DNA from: an uncultured Bacteroidota bacterium
GTDB taxonomy: Bacteria; Bacteroidota; Bacteroidia; Flavobacteriales; Flavobacteriaceae
Direction: 5' to 3'
Assembly: GCA_902559905.1 (NCBI GenBank)
Contig: CACEJV010000001.1
Coordinates: 52,495-116,494 of the forward strand
Length of the DNA: 64,000 nt
The notes below the pieces were generated by a model that did no database searches, was not told the origin of the DNA, and saw nothing but the letters and a program-made list of their open reading frames with translations. Shown here piece after piece: positions 30,335-37,667 of the stretch; positions within the stretch are counted from its first letter, which is position 1; every line of letters begins with the position of its first letter. Made by a program: the position numbers and the translations under genes.

Positions 30335-30994
30335 TTAAAATTCCTTCTTTAAAATATAAATGTCTTCTATAAGTCTTTCCATTGATTCAGAGTTTGTTCC
30401 ATCATAAAAGCCTCTTATTCTTCTGTTAGGATCAACTAATACAAAATTTTCAGTATGAATCATATCATACTTAATATCACTTTCAATATCCTCTGCTACT
30501 AGATAAGACTTTCTGGCAAGATTATATATTTGTTTTTTATCTCCAGTCACAAGATTCCATTTTGAATCAATAATTCCATTATCTATAGAATAATCTTTTA
30601 GAATGTCAACCGAATCAATTTCAGGGGTAACGGTATGAGAAAGAAGTAAAACTTGATTATCGTTAATAAACTCTTTTTGGATATCAATCATGTTGTCCTT
30701 CATAATTGGACAAATTCCTGGACATGTAGTAAAGAAAAAATCAGCTACATAAATTTTTCCATCATATATTTCATTTGTGACTGTATCGTTATTCTGATTA
30801 ATTAATTTAAAGTCATCGATTTTATGAAATCTTTTTACATGTTGAATTGTACTATCAACTAATTGAAACTTTACCATACTAGGTTGATATATTGGTAATT
30901 TTTTTTCAGGTGTCAATACATTATAAAATGAAAACACTGTTATAAGAGAAATTATTATCATTGAAGTTGCAAAAAGCCAGTACTTTTTTAACAT
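30335..30994 (-). CDS. SCO1/SenC-family copper chaperone / thiol-disulfide oxidoreductase
   Basis: Membrane anchor and CPGICP (CxxxC) within a thioredoxin fold. The likely start is MLKKYWLF. The ORF-track start at 31030 is 12 codons longer. Confidence 0.85.
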   Translation of the reverse strand: MLKKYWLFATSMIIISLITVFSFYNVLTPEKKLPIYQPSMVKFQLVDSTIQHVKRFHKIDDFKLINQNNDTVTNEIYDGKIYVADFFFTTCPGICPIMKDNMIDIQKEFINDNQVLLLSHTVTPEIDSVDILKDYSIDNGIIDSKWNLVTGDKKQIYNLARKSYLVAEDIESDIKYDMIHTENFVLVDPNRRIRGFYDGTNSESMERLIEDIYILKKEF

Positions 30995-31046
30995 ATTTTT
31001 TCTAAATATTGGGAAACAAAGATAATTCAAGGAATTAAAAAAATAT

Positions 31047-31054
31047 TAAATTTG
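31047..31054 (+). promoter_or_regulatory. candidate -7 promoter box (TAAATTTG)
   Basis: Lies 18 nt upstream of the rseP ATG. Confidence 0.4.
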
Positions 31055-31071
31055 CTGTTCAAAATTAATTT

Positions 31072-32394
31072 ATGTTATCACCTGAATTTTTAATTAAAGC
31101 TGCACAATTATTTCTGTCTTTATCAATACTTATTATTCTTCATGAATTAGGACATTTTATTCCTGCAAAGCTTTTTGGAACAAGAGTAGAAAAATTTTAC
31201 TTATTTTTTGATGTTAAATATTCTCTTTTTAAGAAAAAAATTGGTGAAACAATTTATGGTATAGGTTGGCTTCCTCTTGGAGGATATGTAAAAATATCAG
31301 GTATGATTGATGAGAGTTTTGATAAAGAACAAATGAGCAAACCTCCTCAGCCATGGGAATTTAGGTCAAAGCCAGCTTGGCAAAGATTAATAATTATGCT
31401 TGGAGGTGTCACAGTAAATCTTATACTTGGATTTGTAATTTATATGATGGTTTTGTTTGTCTGGGGAAAAGAAACACTTCCACAAGAAAATATTCCCCTT
31501 GGAATGCAACCCTCTGAAATCATTCAAGAGATTGGATTTGAAAAAGGAGATAAAATTATTAATGTAGATGGTAAAGAGCTAGATAATGTCCTTGAGATAA
31601 ATAGGATGTTGTTGTTTAGACCAATTGATTATATAACTGTTAAGAAGAATAGTGGTTTGACCTCTGTAATTGATATCCCAAATGATATAGGAAACGAAAT
31701 TTTCCAAAGTGGTCAAATAAATAGTTTTAGTCCAATTTTTGCTGCTGAGATTGATAGTGTAATTCCAGATTCACCAGCCCTGAAATCAGGATTAAAATCT
31801 GGTGATAGAATTTTAAGTGTTAATAATGAAATAGTTGAAGACTGGGTCTCCTTTTCAAACTGGATGGACACAAATGATGATGATATCATTGAATTAATAG
31901 TTGAAAGAAATAATTTAAATTATAATTTATCAATTGATAGAGATAGTGATGGTACAATTGGTGTTTATCCTGCTTTTAATATTAGTACAATTAATAAATC
32001 TGTAGGATTAGTAGATAGTGTCGTCCAAGGATTTAATTATGGATATTGGACCTTATATGAATATGTAGCAGGGTTTCAATTTATTTTTACAAAAAAAGGA
32101 GCACAACAGCTTGGTGGTTTTGGAACTATTGGTAGCATATTTCCAGCAAAGTGGGATTGGAAAGGCTTTTGGTTAAGTACTGCACTTCTCTCAATTATTC
32201 TTGCATTCATGAATGTACTTCCAATTCCTGCTTTGGATGGAGGACATGTAATGTTTTTATTTTATGAAATGATTACTGGAAAGAAACTCAGTGATAAGTT
32301 TATGGAAACCGCAACAATGATTGGATTCTTTCTTTTAATTGCACTTGTTTTATATGCAAATGGTAATGATGTATATAGATTCCTAAATGGATAA
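31072..32394 (+). CDS. rseP: RIP site-2 metalloprotease RseP
   Basis: HELGH in TM1, a PDZ region, and NVLPIPALDGGH. Confidence 0.92.
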   Translation: MLSPEFLIKAAQLFLSLSILIILHELGHFIPAKLFGTRVEKFYLFFDVKYSLFKKKIGETIYGIGWLPLGGYVKISGMIDESFDKEQMSKPPQPWEFRSKPAWQRLIIMLGGVTVNLILGFVIYMMVLFVWGKETLPQENIPLGMQPSEIIQEIGFEKGDKIINVDGKELDNVLEINRMLLFRPIDYITVKKNSGLTSVIDIPNDIGNEIFQSGQINSFSPIFAAEIDSVIPDSPALKSGLKSGDRILSVNNEIVEDWVSFSNWMDTNDDDIIELIVERNNLNYNLSIDRDSDGTIGVYPAFNISTINKSVGLVDSVVQGFNYGYWTLYEYVAGFQFIFTKKGAQQLGGFGTIGSIFPAKWDWKGFWLSTALLSIILAFMNVLPIPALDGGHVMFLFYEMITGKKLSDKFMETATMIGFFLLIALVLYANGNDVYRFLNG

Positions 32395-32400
32395 AAAAAA

Positions 32401-32418
32401 GGCTGGGTTAACCCAGCC
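32401..32418. terminator. bidirectional intrinsic terminator
   Basis: GGCTGGGTTAACCCAGCC is a perfect 7-bp stem with a TTAA loop (the full 18-mer is self-complementary). It is preceded by A8 and lies between convergent rseP and the receptor gene. Confidence 0.65.
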
Positions 32419-32448
32419 CTTAACAAATAACTTCAAATACAAAAAACT

Positions 32449-34605
32449 TTAGAAGTTATATTTTAATCCAACAGATATGTTTCTACCCATCTCATGAATT
32501 CCTGCTGTTTTAAGTCTTGATAAATGATCGTAGTATTCTTTATCAAAAACATTATCAATATTCCAGAAAATATTTAAGTCATTTCCTAGTAATGATGTCA
32601 TCCATGATCCAGATAAATTTAAAAGTGAATATCCATCAGTAGACTCCTCATACATTGCTGTTCTATTTTGTTGAGCCTTGGCTACAAAGTCTACTTCAAA
32701 TGAATAATTGCTAGAAAAACTAATGTTGAAAACTTGATTGAAAGTTAATGGTGATATATATGGTAATGCCATACCGTCTTGTGTTTCACCAAAAATATAT
32801 TCTAGGGAAGAATAAAAAGATAACCAGTCAAAACTTGTATTTTTATTTAGATGTATTTCCCCTCCATAAAGTGTTGCATCTTGCTGTAAATAATTATGAA
32901 GCATTAAACCATCAATAACAGTGTTTGTTGGCTCCAAGTATATGTAATCTCTAATATCATTAAAAAATAAATCAAATGATAAGACTGAATTTTCACCATT
33001 AACTTGAAGTGATAAATCTGTTTGGAAGCTATTTTCAGCTAGTAAATTAGGATCCCCTTTTTTATACATGAATGTCCCATGATGAGATCCATCAGCATAT
33101 AGCTCAATTAAGTTTGGTGACCTAAAACCAGTACTTAAATTAAATCTTAAAGTTGAGTTAGAAAATTCTTTTTTCAAACCAAGTGATCCATTAAAATTAG
33201 AAAAATCGGAAGAAGATGATCCAGATGAAATGGATCTATTGTCATATCTAATTCCAATTAGTGCATCTGAAGAATTGCTAAGTGTAAACTGTCCAAGAGC
33301 ATATAGTCCAAAATCGTTCATCTCTGCATCTGGTATTAAAGTTTCATGACCAAAATTCTTATTCGTCTGACTTAATAGACTCGTACCAATAGTTAGATTC
33401 AAATCTTCTGACTGAGGGAGTACTAAACTAATGTCTAATGTATTTGTTAATAGTTCCATGTCTAATTCAGCTTCACCTTCTTCATGTCCTTCATGATCAT
33501 CATGATCATCGTGATCATCGTGATCCATATGATCATCGTGGTCCTCTTCACCATGTTCTTCATGATCATCATGATCATCATGATCATCATGTTCCTCCTC
33601 ACCATGGCCCCCAAATTCTTTTCTTTCGTTAAATTGTTGACCTAATGTGACATTAAGTACATGATTGTTTCCAAGATCAAACGAATTCTTCCATGTTAAG
33701 GTTGTATGCTTTAGTTCTTGGTAATGATCATCACCGTGTCCTTCATGATCGTCGTGGTCATCATGGTCCATATGATCATCGTGGTCATCATGGTCCATAT
33801 GATCGTCGTGGTTATCATGGTCCATATGATCGTCGTGGTCATCATGACCTTCATCCATATGAGGAATTCCAAGATCACTATCAACTCTACTAAATCTCAG
33901 CTCAGAGGTAAATTTATCACTAGAGTATTGTAAATCTGCTTTAAGCTCATTTTGTTCAAACCATGTGTTTTCAATTTCACCATCTGGAGTAGAAAAATTA
34001 TCATTGTCAATCATATCTGCTCTAAGATTAAAACTAAACTTTCCAGAAGTACCTTTAATTCCTAGATTGTTAGTAACCCCATTATAATTTGAATTGTAAA
34101 CTCCTGTATAGTCAATTGCTAAACCATTACTTGTGTTGAATTTTTCAGGCTCAACATAAAGAACTCCTCCCATAGCGTCACTACCGTAGAGAACATATAA
34201 TGGTCCCTTTATAACCTCTATAGACTCAACACCTGAAGATGAGATACCGATACCGTGCTCTTCACCCCATTGTTGATTTTCTAATCTCACGCCTTGATTA
34301 TATACAACCACTCTATTGAAACTTAATCCTCTAACTGATGGCTTTGCAATATTAGGTCCTGTTGTTATTACAGATACTCCTGGTAACTTTGAGAGTGATT
34401 TACTAATATATTGTTTTAGTATTGGGTTAATATCACCCATATTAATTTTATCAACTTTGATTACAGATTTACCTAGTGTTTGACTAAAAGGTATTGATAA
34501 TACTATTTCATCTAACTCAAATGGGTCCGTAGCTACTTGTGATAAAACTGGTTTTGTTAAAAATAGCATAACTGCTATGATACTTATAATATGTTTTATT
34601 TTCAT
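32449..34605 (-). CDS. TonB-dependent outer-membrane receptor with two long His/Asp/Glu-rich inserts (putative divalent-metal, e.g. zinc, receptor)
   Basis: Signal peptide, plug (LDEIVLSIP, IEVIKGPLYVLYGSDAMGGVLYV), barrel, terminal KYNF. The first insert is HMDEGHDDHDDHMDHDNHDDHMDHDDHDDHMDHDDHDDHEGHGDDH (33724-33861). The second is GGHGEEEHDDHDDHDDHEEHGEEDHDDHMDHDDHDDHDDHEGHEEGE (33472-33612). Confidence 0.9.
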   Translation of the reverse strand: MKIKHIISIIAVMLFLTKPVLSQVATDPFELDEIVLSIPFSQTLGKSVIKVDKINMGDINPILKQYISKSLSKLPGVSVITTGPNIAKPSVRGLSFNRVVVYNQGVRLENQQWGEEHGIGISSSGVESIEVIKGPLYVLYGSDAMGGVLYVEPEKFNTSNGLAIDYTGVYNSNYNGVTNNLGIKGTSGKFSFNLRADMIDNDNFSTPDGEIENTWFEQNELKADLQYSSDKFTSELRFSRVDSDLGIPHMDEGHDDHDDHMDHDNHDDHMDHDDHDDHMDHDDHDDHEGHGDDHYQELKHTTLTWKNSFDLGNNHVLNVTLGQQFNERKEFGGHGEEEHDDHDDHDDHEEHGEEDHDDHMDHDDHDDHDDHEGHEEGEAELDMELLTNTLDISLVLPQSEDLNLTIGTSLLSQTNKNFGHETLIPDAEMNDFGLYALGQFTLSNSSDALIGIRYDNRSISSGSSSSDFSNFNGSLGLKKEFSNSTLRFNLSTGFRSPNLIELYADGSHHGTFMYKKGDPNLLAENSFQTDLSLQVNGENSVLSFDLFFNDIRDYIYLEPTNTVIDGLMLHNYLQQDATLYGGEIHLNKNTSFDWLSFYSSLEYIFGETQDGMALPYISPLTFNQVFNISFSSNYSFEVDFVAKAQQNRTAMYEESTDGYSLLNLSGSWMTSLLGNDLNIFWNIDNVFDKEYYDHLSRLKTAGIHEMGRNISVGLKYNF
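33763..33843 (-). repeat. three tandem 27-bp coding repeats (each encoding an HDDHDDHMD-type unit)
   Basis: Units at 33763-33789, 33790-33816 and 33817-33843 differ at only a few positions. They lie in frame inside the receptor gene. Confidence 0.9.
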
Positions 34606-34655
34606 TTTATTAATTATTTATTATTGTGAACTTCTTAATTATAGTTCTATAAAAA

Positions 34656-34675
34656 CCCCTCCTATAAAGAAGGGG
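34656..34675 (-). terminator. terminator-like hairpin between the mini-lipoprotein gene and the receptor gene
   Basis: The minus strand reads CCCCTTC-TTTATA-GGAGGGG followed by TTTTTAT. The stem is 7 bp including one G-U pair. It could attenuate read-through. Confidence 0.4.
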
Positions 34676-34685
34676 TATTTTACTT

Positions 34686-34817
34686 TTATCTGTTTGTAAC
34701 AAATGCAATGTGGTCATGATCGTCATCGTGGTCATGGCCATCATGATCATCTTTTTCACATGATGCTAATGCAAGTGAAATAACAGAAAACATTAGTATG
34801 TATATATACTTATTCAT
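34686..34817 (-). CDS. 43-aa His/Asp-rich mini-lipoprotein (unannotated, below the ORF-track cutoff)
   Basis: Reverse complement: MNKYIYILMFSVISLALASCEKDDHDGHDHDDDHDHIAFVTNR. It has a signal peptide plus lipobox LASC, then EKDD (acidic surface-export-like residues), then a His/Asp run of the same flavour as the receptor inserts. It lies 80 nt upstream of the receptor gene on the same strand. Confidence 0.55.
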   Translation of the reverse strand: MNKYIYILMFSVISLALASCEKDDHDGHDHDDDHDHIAFVTNR

Positions 34818-34887
34818 AGTTAAAAATTTAAAATTTTAGAAAAATGCTAGATCACATATTTGATCCAACAAAAAATTGAATTAATAG

Positions 34888-35196
34888 TTAAGCCAAATTA
34901 GGTGGGCCTCTTTTTTTAGTAGATTTGTAATCTGTTTTTACAAATAATCTATCATACTTATAAAAAGAATAACTAAAGATGTGAGGTGTAAATGATTCAT
35001 AAATATCTTGTGAAAAAAAACCAGTCTCATCTTCTTGATTTGAAAACAAAGAAATCTGACATTTTAACTTGGAATCATTGATATTTACACCTTCTGAAAT
35101 AAAAGTGTCATGGGAATCATACAAAACATGAAAAGCTTCAACTACTGTTGGAAACAACAGAGAGGTGAACAAAATAAAACTGTATAGATTCCTCAC
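34888..35196 (-). CDS. hypothetical secreted protein, 102 aa, first gene of the putative metal-receptor operon
   Basis: Signal peptide MRNLYSFILFTSLLFPTVVEA. No recognisable family. A -7 box lies immediately upstream. Confidence 0.5.
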   Translation of the reverse strand: MRNLYSFILFTSLLFPTVVEAFHVLYDSHDTFISEGVNINDSKLKCQISLFSNQEDETGFFSQDIYESFTPHIFSYSFYKYDRLFVKTDYKSTKKRGPPNLA

Positions 35197-35201
35197 GAAA
35201 A

Positions 35202-35209
35202 CAAATATA
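35202..35209 (-). promoter_or_regulatory. candidate -7 promoter box (TATATTTG on the minus strand)
   Basis: Plus strand CAAATATA, only 5 nt upstream of the ATG at 35196, which implies a very short or absent leader. Confidence 0.4.
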
Positions 35210-35243
35210 ACAATTAGATTGAATTTAAATACAAAAAATAATT

Positions 35244-35251
35244 TATATTTG
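35244..35251 (+). promoter_or_regulatory. candidate -7 promoter box (TATATTTG) for tRNA-Asn
   Basis: It ends 10 nt before the first tRNA nucleotide. Confidence 0.45.
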
Positions 35252-35261
35252 CCGACTACAA

Positions 35262-35335
35262 TCCTCCTTAGCTCAGTTGGTTAGAGCATCTGACTGTTAA
35301 TCAGAGGGTCCTTGGTTCGAGTCCAAGAGGGGGAG
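35262..35335 (+). tRNA. tRNA-Asn (anticodon GTT)
   Basis: Cloverleaf folded by hand. Acceptor TCCTCCT/AGGGGGA (one G-U), D arm GCTC-AGTTGGTTA-GAGC, anticodon arm TCTGA-CTGTTAA-TCAGA, T arm CTTGG-TTCGAGT-CCAAG, discriminator G. Length 74 nt; CCA is not encoded. Confidence 0.96.
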
Positions 35336-35369
35336 CAAGCTAACCGCTACATTACACAAATTATTTAAA

Positions 35370-35394
35370 CCCTTCACCTACTGGAGGGTTTTTT
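35370..35394 (+). terminator. intrinsic terminator after tRNA-Asn
   Basis: CCCTTC-ACCTACT-GGAGGG followed by TTTTTT. Confidence 0.6.
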
Positions 35395-35396
35395 CT

Positions 35397-35621
35397 TTAG
35401 TCACAAGGTCCCTCTGTAAATGATTTAACTCCACTAAAAGTTGAGGCATAACAATAGTTGGGATATGTTTTACCATCACATCCACATACTGGATCATATA
35501 TCTCTATACAAGCAGATGTAATATCGATTAATGATTCATCAATACAATTTTCATTGTTATTTTCTTTATCCTTAGAGCAAGAAACTATTATTAGGATTAA
35601 TAGAGATATCCATTTTTTCAT
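35397..35621 (-). CDS. Kazal-type protease-inhibitor domain lipoprotein
   Basis: Lipobox IVSCSKDKE. CIEIYDPVCGCDGKTYPNYCYASTFSGVKSFTEGPC fits the Kazal signature (Y-x-P-V-C-G-x-D-G-x-T-Y-x-N-x-C). Confidence 0.8.
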   Translation of the reverse strand: MKKWISLLILIIVSCSKDKENNNENCIDESLIDITSACIEIYDPVCGCDGKTYPNYCYASTFSGVKSFTEGPCD

Positions 35622-35777
35622 AATTTTTTAAAAAATTATTGTGGAGGTCCATCCCCATGAATTTGAATGTCGTTTAAATCAACTCCTGTTTTATTCTTAA
35701 AGTCTTTTTTAAACTTTTCATTTCTTTTTTTTCTATCAATTAAGATTTTGATAAATCTTTTTATCATAAAATTAAAG

Positions 35778-35966
35778 CTATCCTCCTCTACCCACTTTTC
35801 TTACTCCTGAGGTTCCAGAGTTTTTAAAACCTTTATTTTGGACTTTACTTTTTGTATCTGAATTTGAAGAAATCTTATTCTTTGATTTTGACTTTCTGCC
35901 CTTAAATAATCTCTTACCATTTGTCTCACGGTTATCATTTTTGTTTCCAAAAAACTTACTACCCAT
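35778..35966 (-). CDS. hypothetical very basic, low-complexity 62-aa protein
   Basis: ORF rich in K/S/N/G with no hydrophobic core. Coding status is uncertain. It sits inside a same-strand gene string. Confidence 0.3.
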   Translation of the reverse strand: MGSKFFGNKNDNRETNGKRLFKGRKSKSKNKISSNSDTKSKVQNKGFKNSGTSGVRKVGRGG

Positions 35967-36007
35967 ATTTAACTATTTAATTGTTTTTCTAAATTACTTA
36001 ATTTTTA

Positions 36008-37027
36008 TTACCAATCATCATTAATTGGAGGCTCTGGCAAAAAATGAATTACATAATTATCATAAATAGGGTCATAATAATGACCTGCCTCTTTGTAATC
36101 ATCGTTCCAAATTTTATTTCCACTTTCATCTACCTTATATAAGTAAGGTGAGAGATGTAACCTTTCTAAGTGCCATCGGCCTTCCTTCCCTGAGGGAATA
36201 TCCTCTCCACTACCGTATAACATTAAACCGCCTTCAGCAAACACTTCAAATCCTGGGTTTACATCATTGTATTCATGACTAACATTAATTAATTTATGAC
36301 CTAGCTCGTGGGCGATTGTTTTTCTATATCTTTCCTCCGTTGAAAGGTTTGTTATGGTTATAACACCTCTAAGCTCTTTAGGAATTTGGTCAACATAGCT
36401 ATATGAGGGAAATGATAACCCTCCTGTTCGAACTGTTTTCATCATCCAATTTCGACCTTCGGCTAAAGTCAAAAATGGATAAAAAACATCTTGCAGAGCA
36501 ATTAAGTATATCGTTCTTGAATTATTAATATCTTTTTCTACAATACTTCTAAAAGCATTAATTGCATGAGTTGTTGGAATTGATGGATGCCTTCTTGAAT
36601 TTTCATATAGATTAACATATTCCGTATCAGGAATACCAGGAGTCTCATTAGCCTGAATTGATAAATAACTTGAATTTATATTACCTGTTTTAGCAAATAA
36701 CAAGTTTAACTGTACATCAGTTAGTTTGAAGATTTCCTTTGCAAAAAGGAAGCTTTCTATCATCCTGTTAAATGTTACTTTAGTAAATGTTGAGTCCAAA
36801 TTTGAAGGAAAATATATTCCAATATCAACTGTAGGCTTGCCATTTACGAGATCACTATTTATTTGATTGATGTCAATTGAATCAATAAGGCTCCAATTAA
36901 CATCAGGTTCTGAATCATCATTATAATTTGAAGTAAGATTAGATGAATTTATACAACCTGTAACCATTAAAAATATTAAGAAAACTGGCATAGTGTTTAT
37001 AGCTACAAAATTTCTGATACTGTTCAT
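36008..37027 (-). CDS. putative zinc metalloprotease lipoprotein (HExxH)
   Basis: Lipobox MVTGCINSS and the motif TIAHELGHKLINVSHEY. No closer family assignment is possible by eye. Confidence 0.65.
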   Translation of the reverse strand: MNSIRNFVAINTMPVFLIFLMVTGCINSSNLTSNYNDDSEPDVNWSLIDSIDINQINSDLVNGKPTVDIGIYFPSNLDSTFTKVTFNRMIESFLFAKEIFKLTDVQLNLLFAKTGNINSSYLSIQANETPGIPDTEYVNLYENSRRHPSIPTTHAINAFRSIVEKDINNSRTIYLIALQDVFYPFLTLAEGRNWMMKTVRTGGLSFPSYSYVDQIPKELRGVITITNLSTEERYRKTIAHELGHKLINVSHEYNDVNPGFEVFAEGGLMLYGSGEDIPSGKEGRWHLERLHLSPYLYKVDESGNKIWNDDYKEAGHYYDPIYDNYVIHFLPEPPINDDW

Positions 37028-37031
37028 ATGT

Positions 37032-37415
37032 CTAATTTATTCCTCCAACATAAGATTTAATAATTGGATTCATAGCTTTTATTTTTTCTTTGAATGCATC
37101 ATTGATTTCTCCTAGAACAGTAAGTTTTTCTACTTTAAATAATTCTCTAAATCTGAGATTTATTGGTGAACCAATAACTTTATTGCCAAGTTCTTCCCAA
37201 ACGTTTGAATTCTCGAATTTTTCAATTAAGGTTGCTGTCTTATCTTCCTCATTTATAAACCACTCAAACCTAATGATACCTTCGTCTTTTAGGTTAAAAA
37301 AAACAGGACATTGCTCATCTCTTATATATTGATTTACAACATCAGTACTTTCAGTAAATGAAACATCAATAATTACAGTAACATTATTGTTTGGTGTATT
37401 TAGTTTTCTTTTCAT
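37032..37415 (-). CDS. hypothetical protein, possibly ABM-like (dimeric alpha-beta barrel)
   Basis: The likely start is MKRKLNTP. The ORF-track start at 37472 adds 19 aa. The pattern of alternating beta/alpha segments is only a weak call. Confidence 0.45.
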   Translation of the reverse strand: MKRKLNTPNNNVTVIIDVSFTESTDVVNQYIRDEQCPVFFNLKDEGIIRFEWFINEEDKTATLIEKFENSNVWEELGNKVIGSPINLRFRELFKVEKLTVLGEINDAFKEKIKAMNPIIKSYVGGIN

Positions 37416-37667
37416 ATTATAATAATTCAAAATATGTAATGCAGAATCCGGTAATAAATCCAATGATAACAAAGACCATCCAGTATTTTTTTACAAAAGG
37501 CATATTCATTTTCTTTTTTTTATCTCTTCTATACTCCAATATAATGATAAAACAAATAATACTAATCTTAGGTAAAAACCAAAATTAAAATTGCCATCCA
37601 TAGCAAGGAGAATTGCTCTGGTAGCAAAATAAATAGGGAATACTAAATATATATAACTTTTCAAAAT

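Noticed and set aside
33438-33933. Plus-strand ORFs (33438-33632, 33693-33893, 33718-33933) encoding His/Arg/Asp/Pro- or Val/Ile/Met-rich low-complexity peptides
   Set aside because: They are antisense or out-of-frame readings of the CAT/GAT-type repeats that encode the His-rich receptor loops on the minus strand. The receptor frame is continuous and has full family features.
35636-35767. 43-codon minus-strand ORF (MIKRFIKILIDRKKRNEKFKKDFKNKTGVDLNDIQIHGDGPPQ) between the Kazal gene and the basic 62-aa ORF
   Set aside because: It fits the operon spacing, but it has no motif, no promoter and no other support. In AT-rich DNA such Lys-rich ORFs arise easily, so I did not report it as a feature.
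35262-37472. Possibility that the genes next to tRNA-Asn form an integrated genomic island
   Set aside because: There is no integrase, recombinase or transposase gene. I saw no direct repeat of the tRNA 3' end and no compositional break.
37473-37660. Two tiny hydrophobic minus-strand ORFs (about 30-33 codons) upstream of the ABM-like gene
   Set aside because: They are too short and unsupported. They are probably just an AT-rich promoter or leader region.
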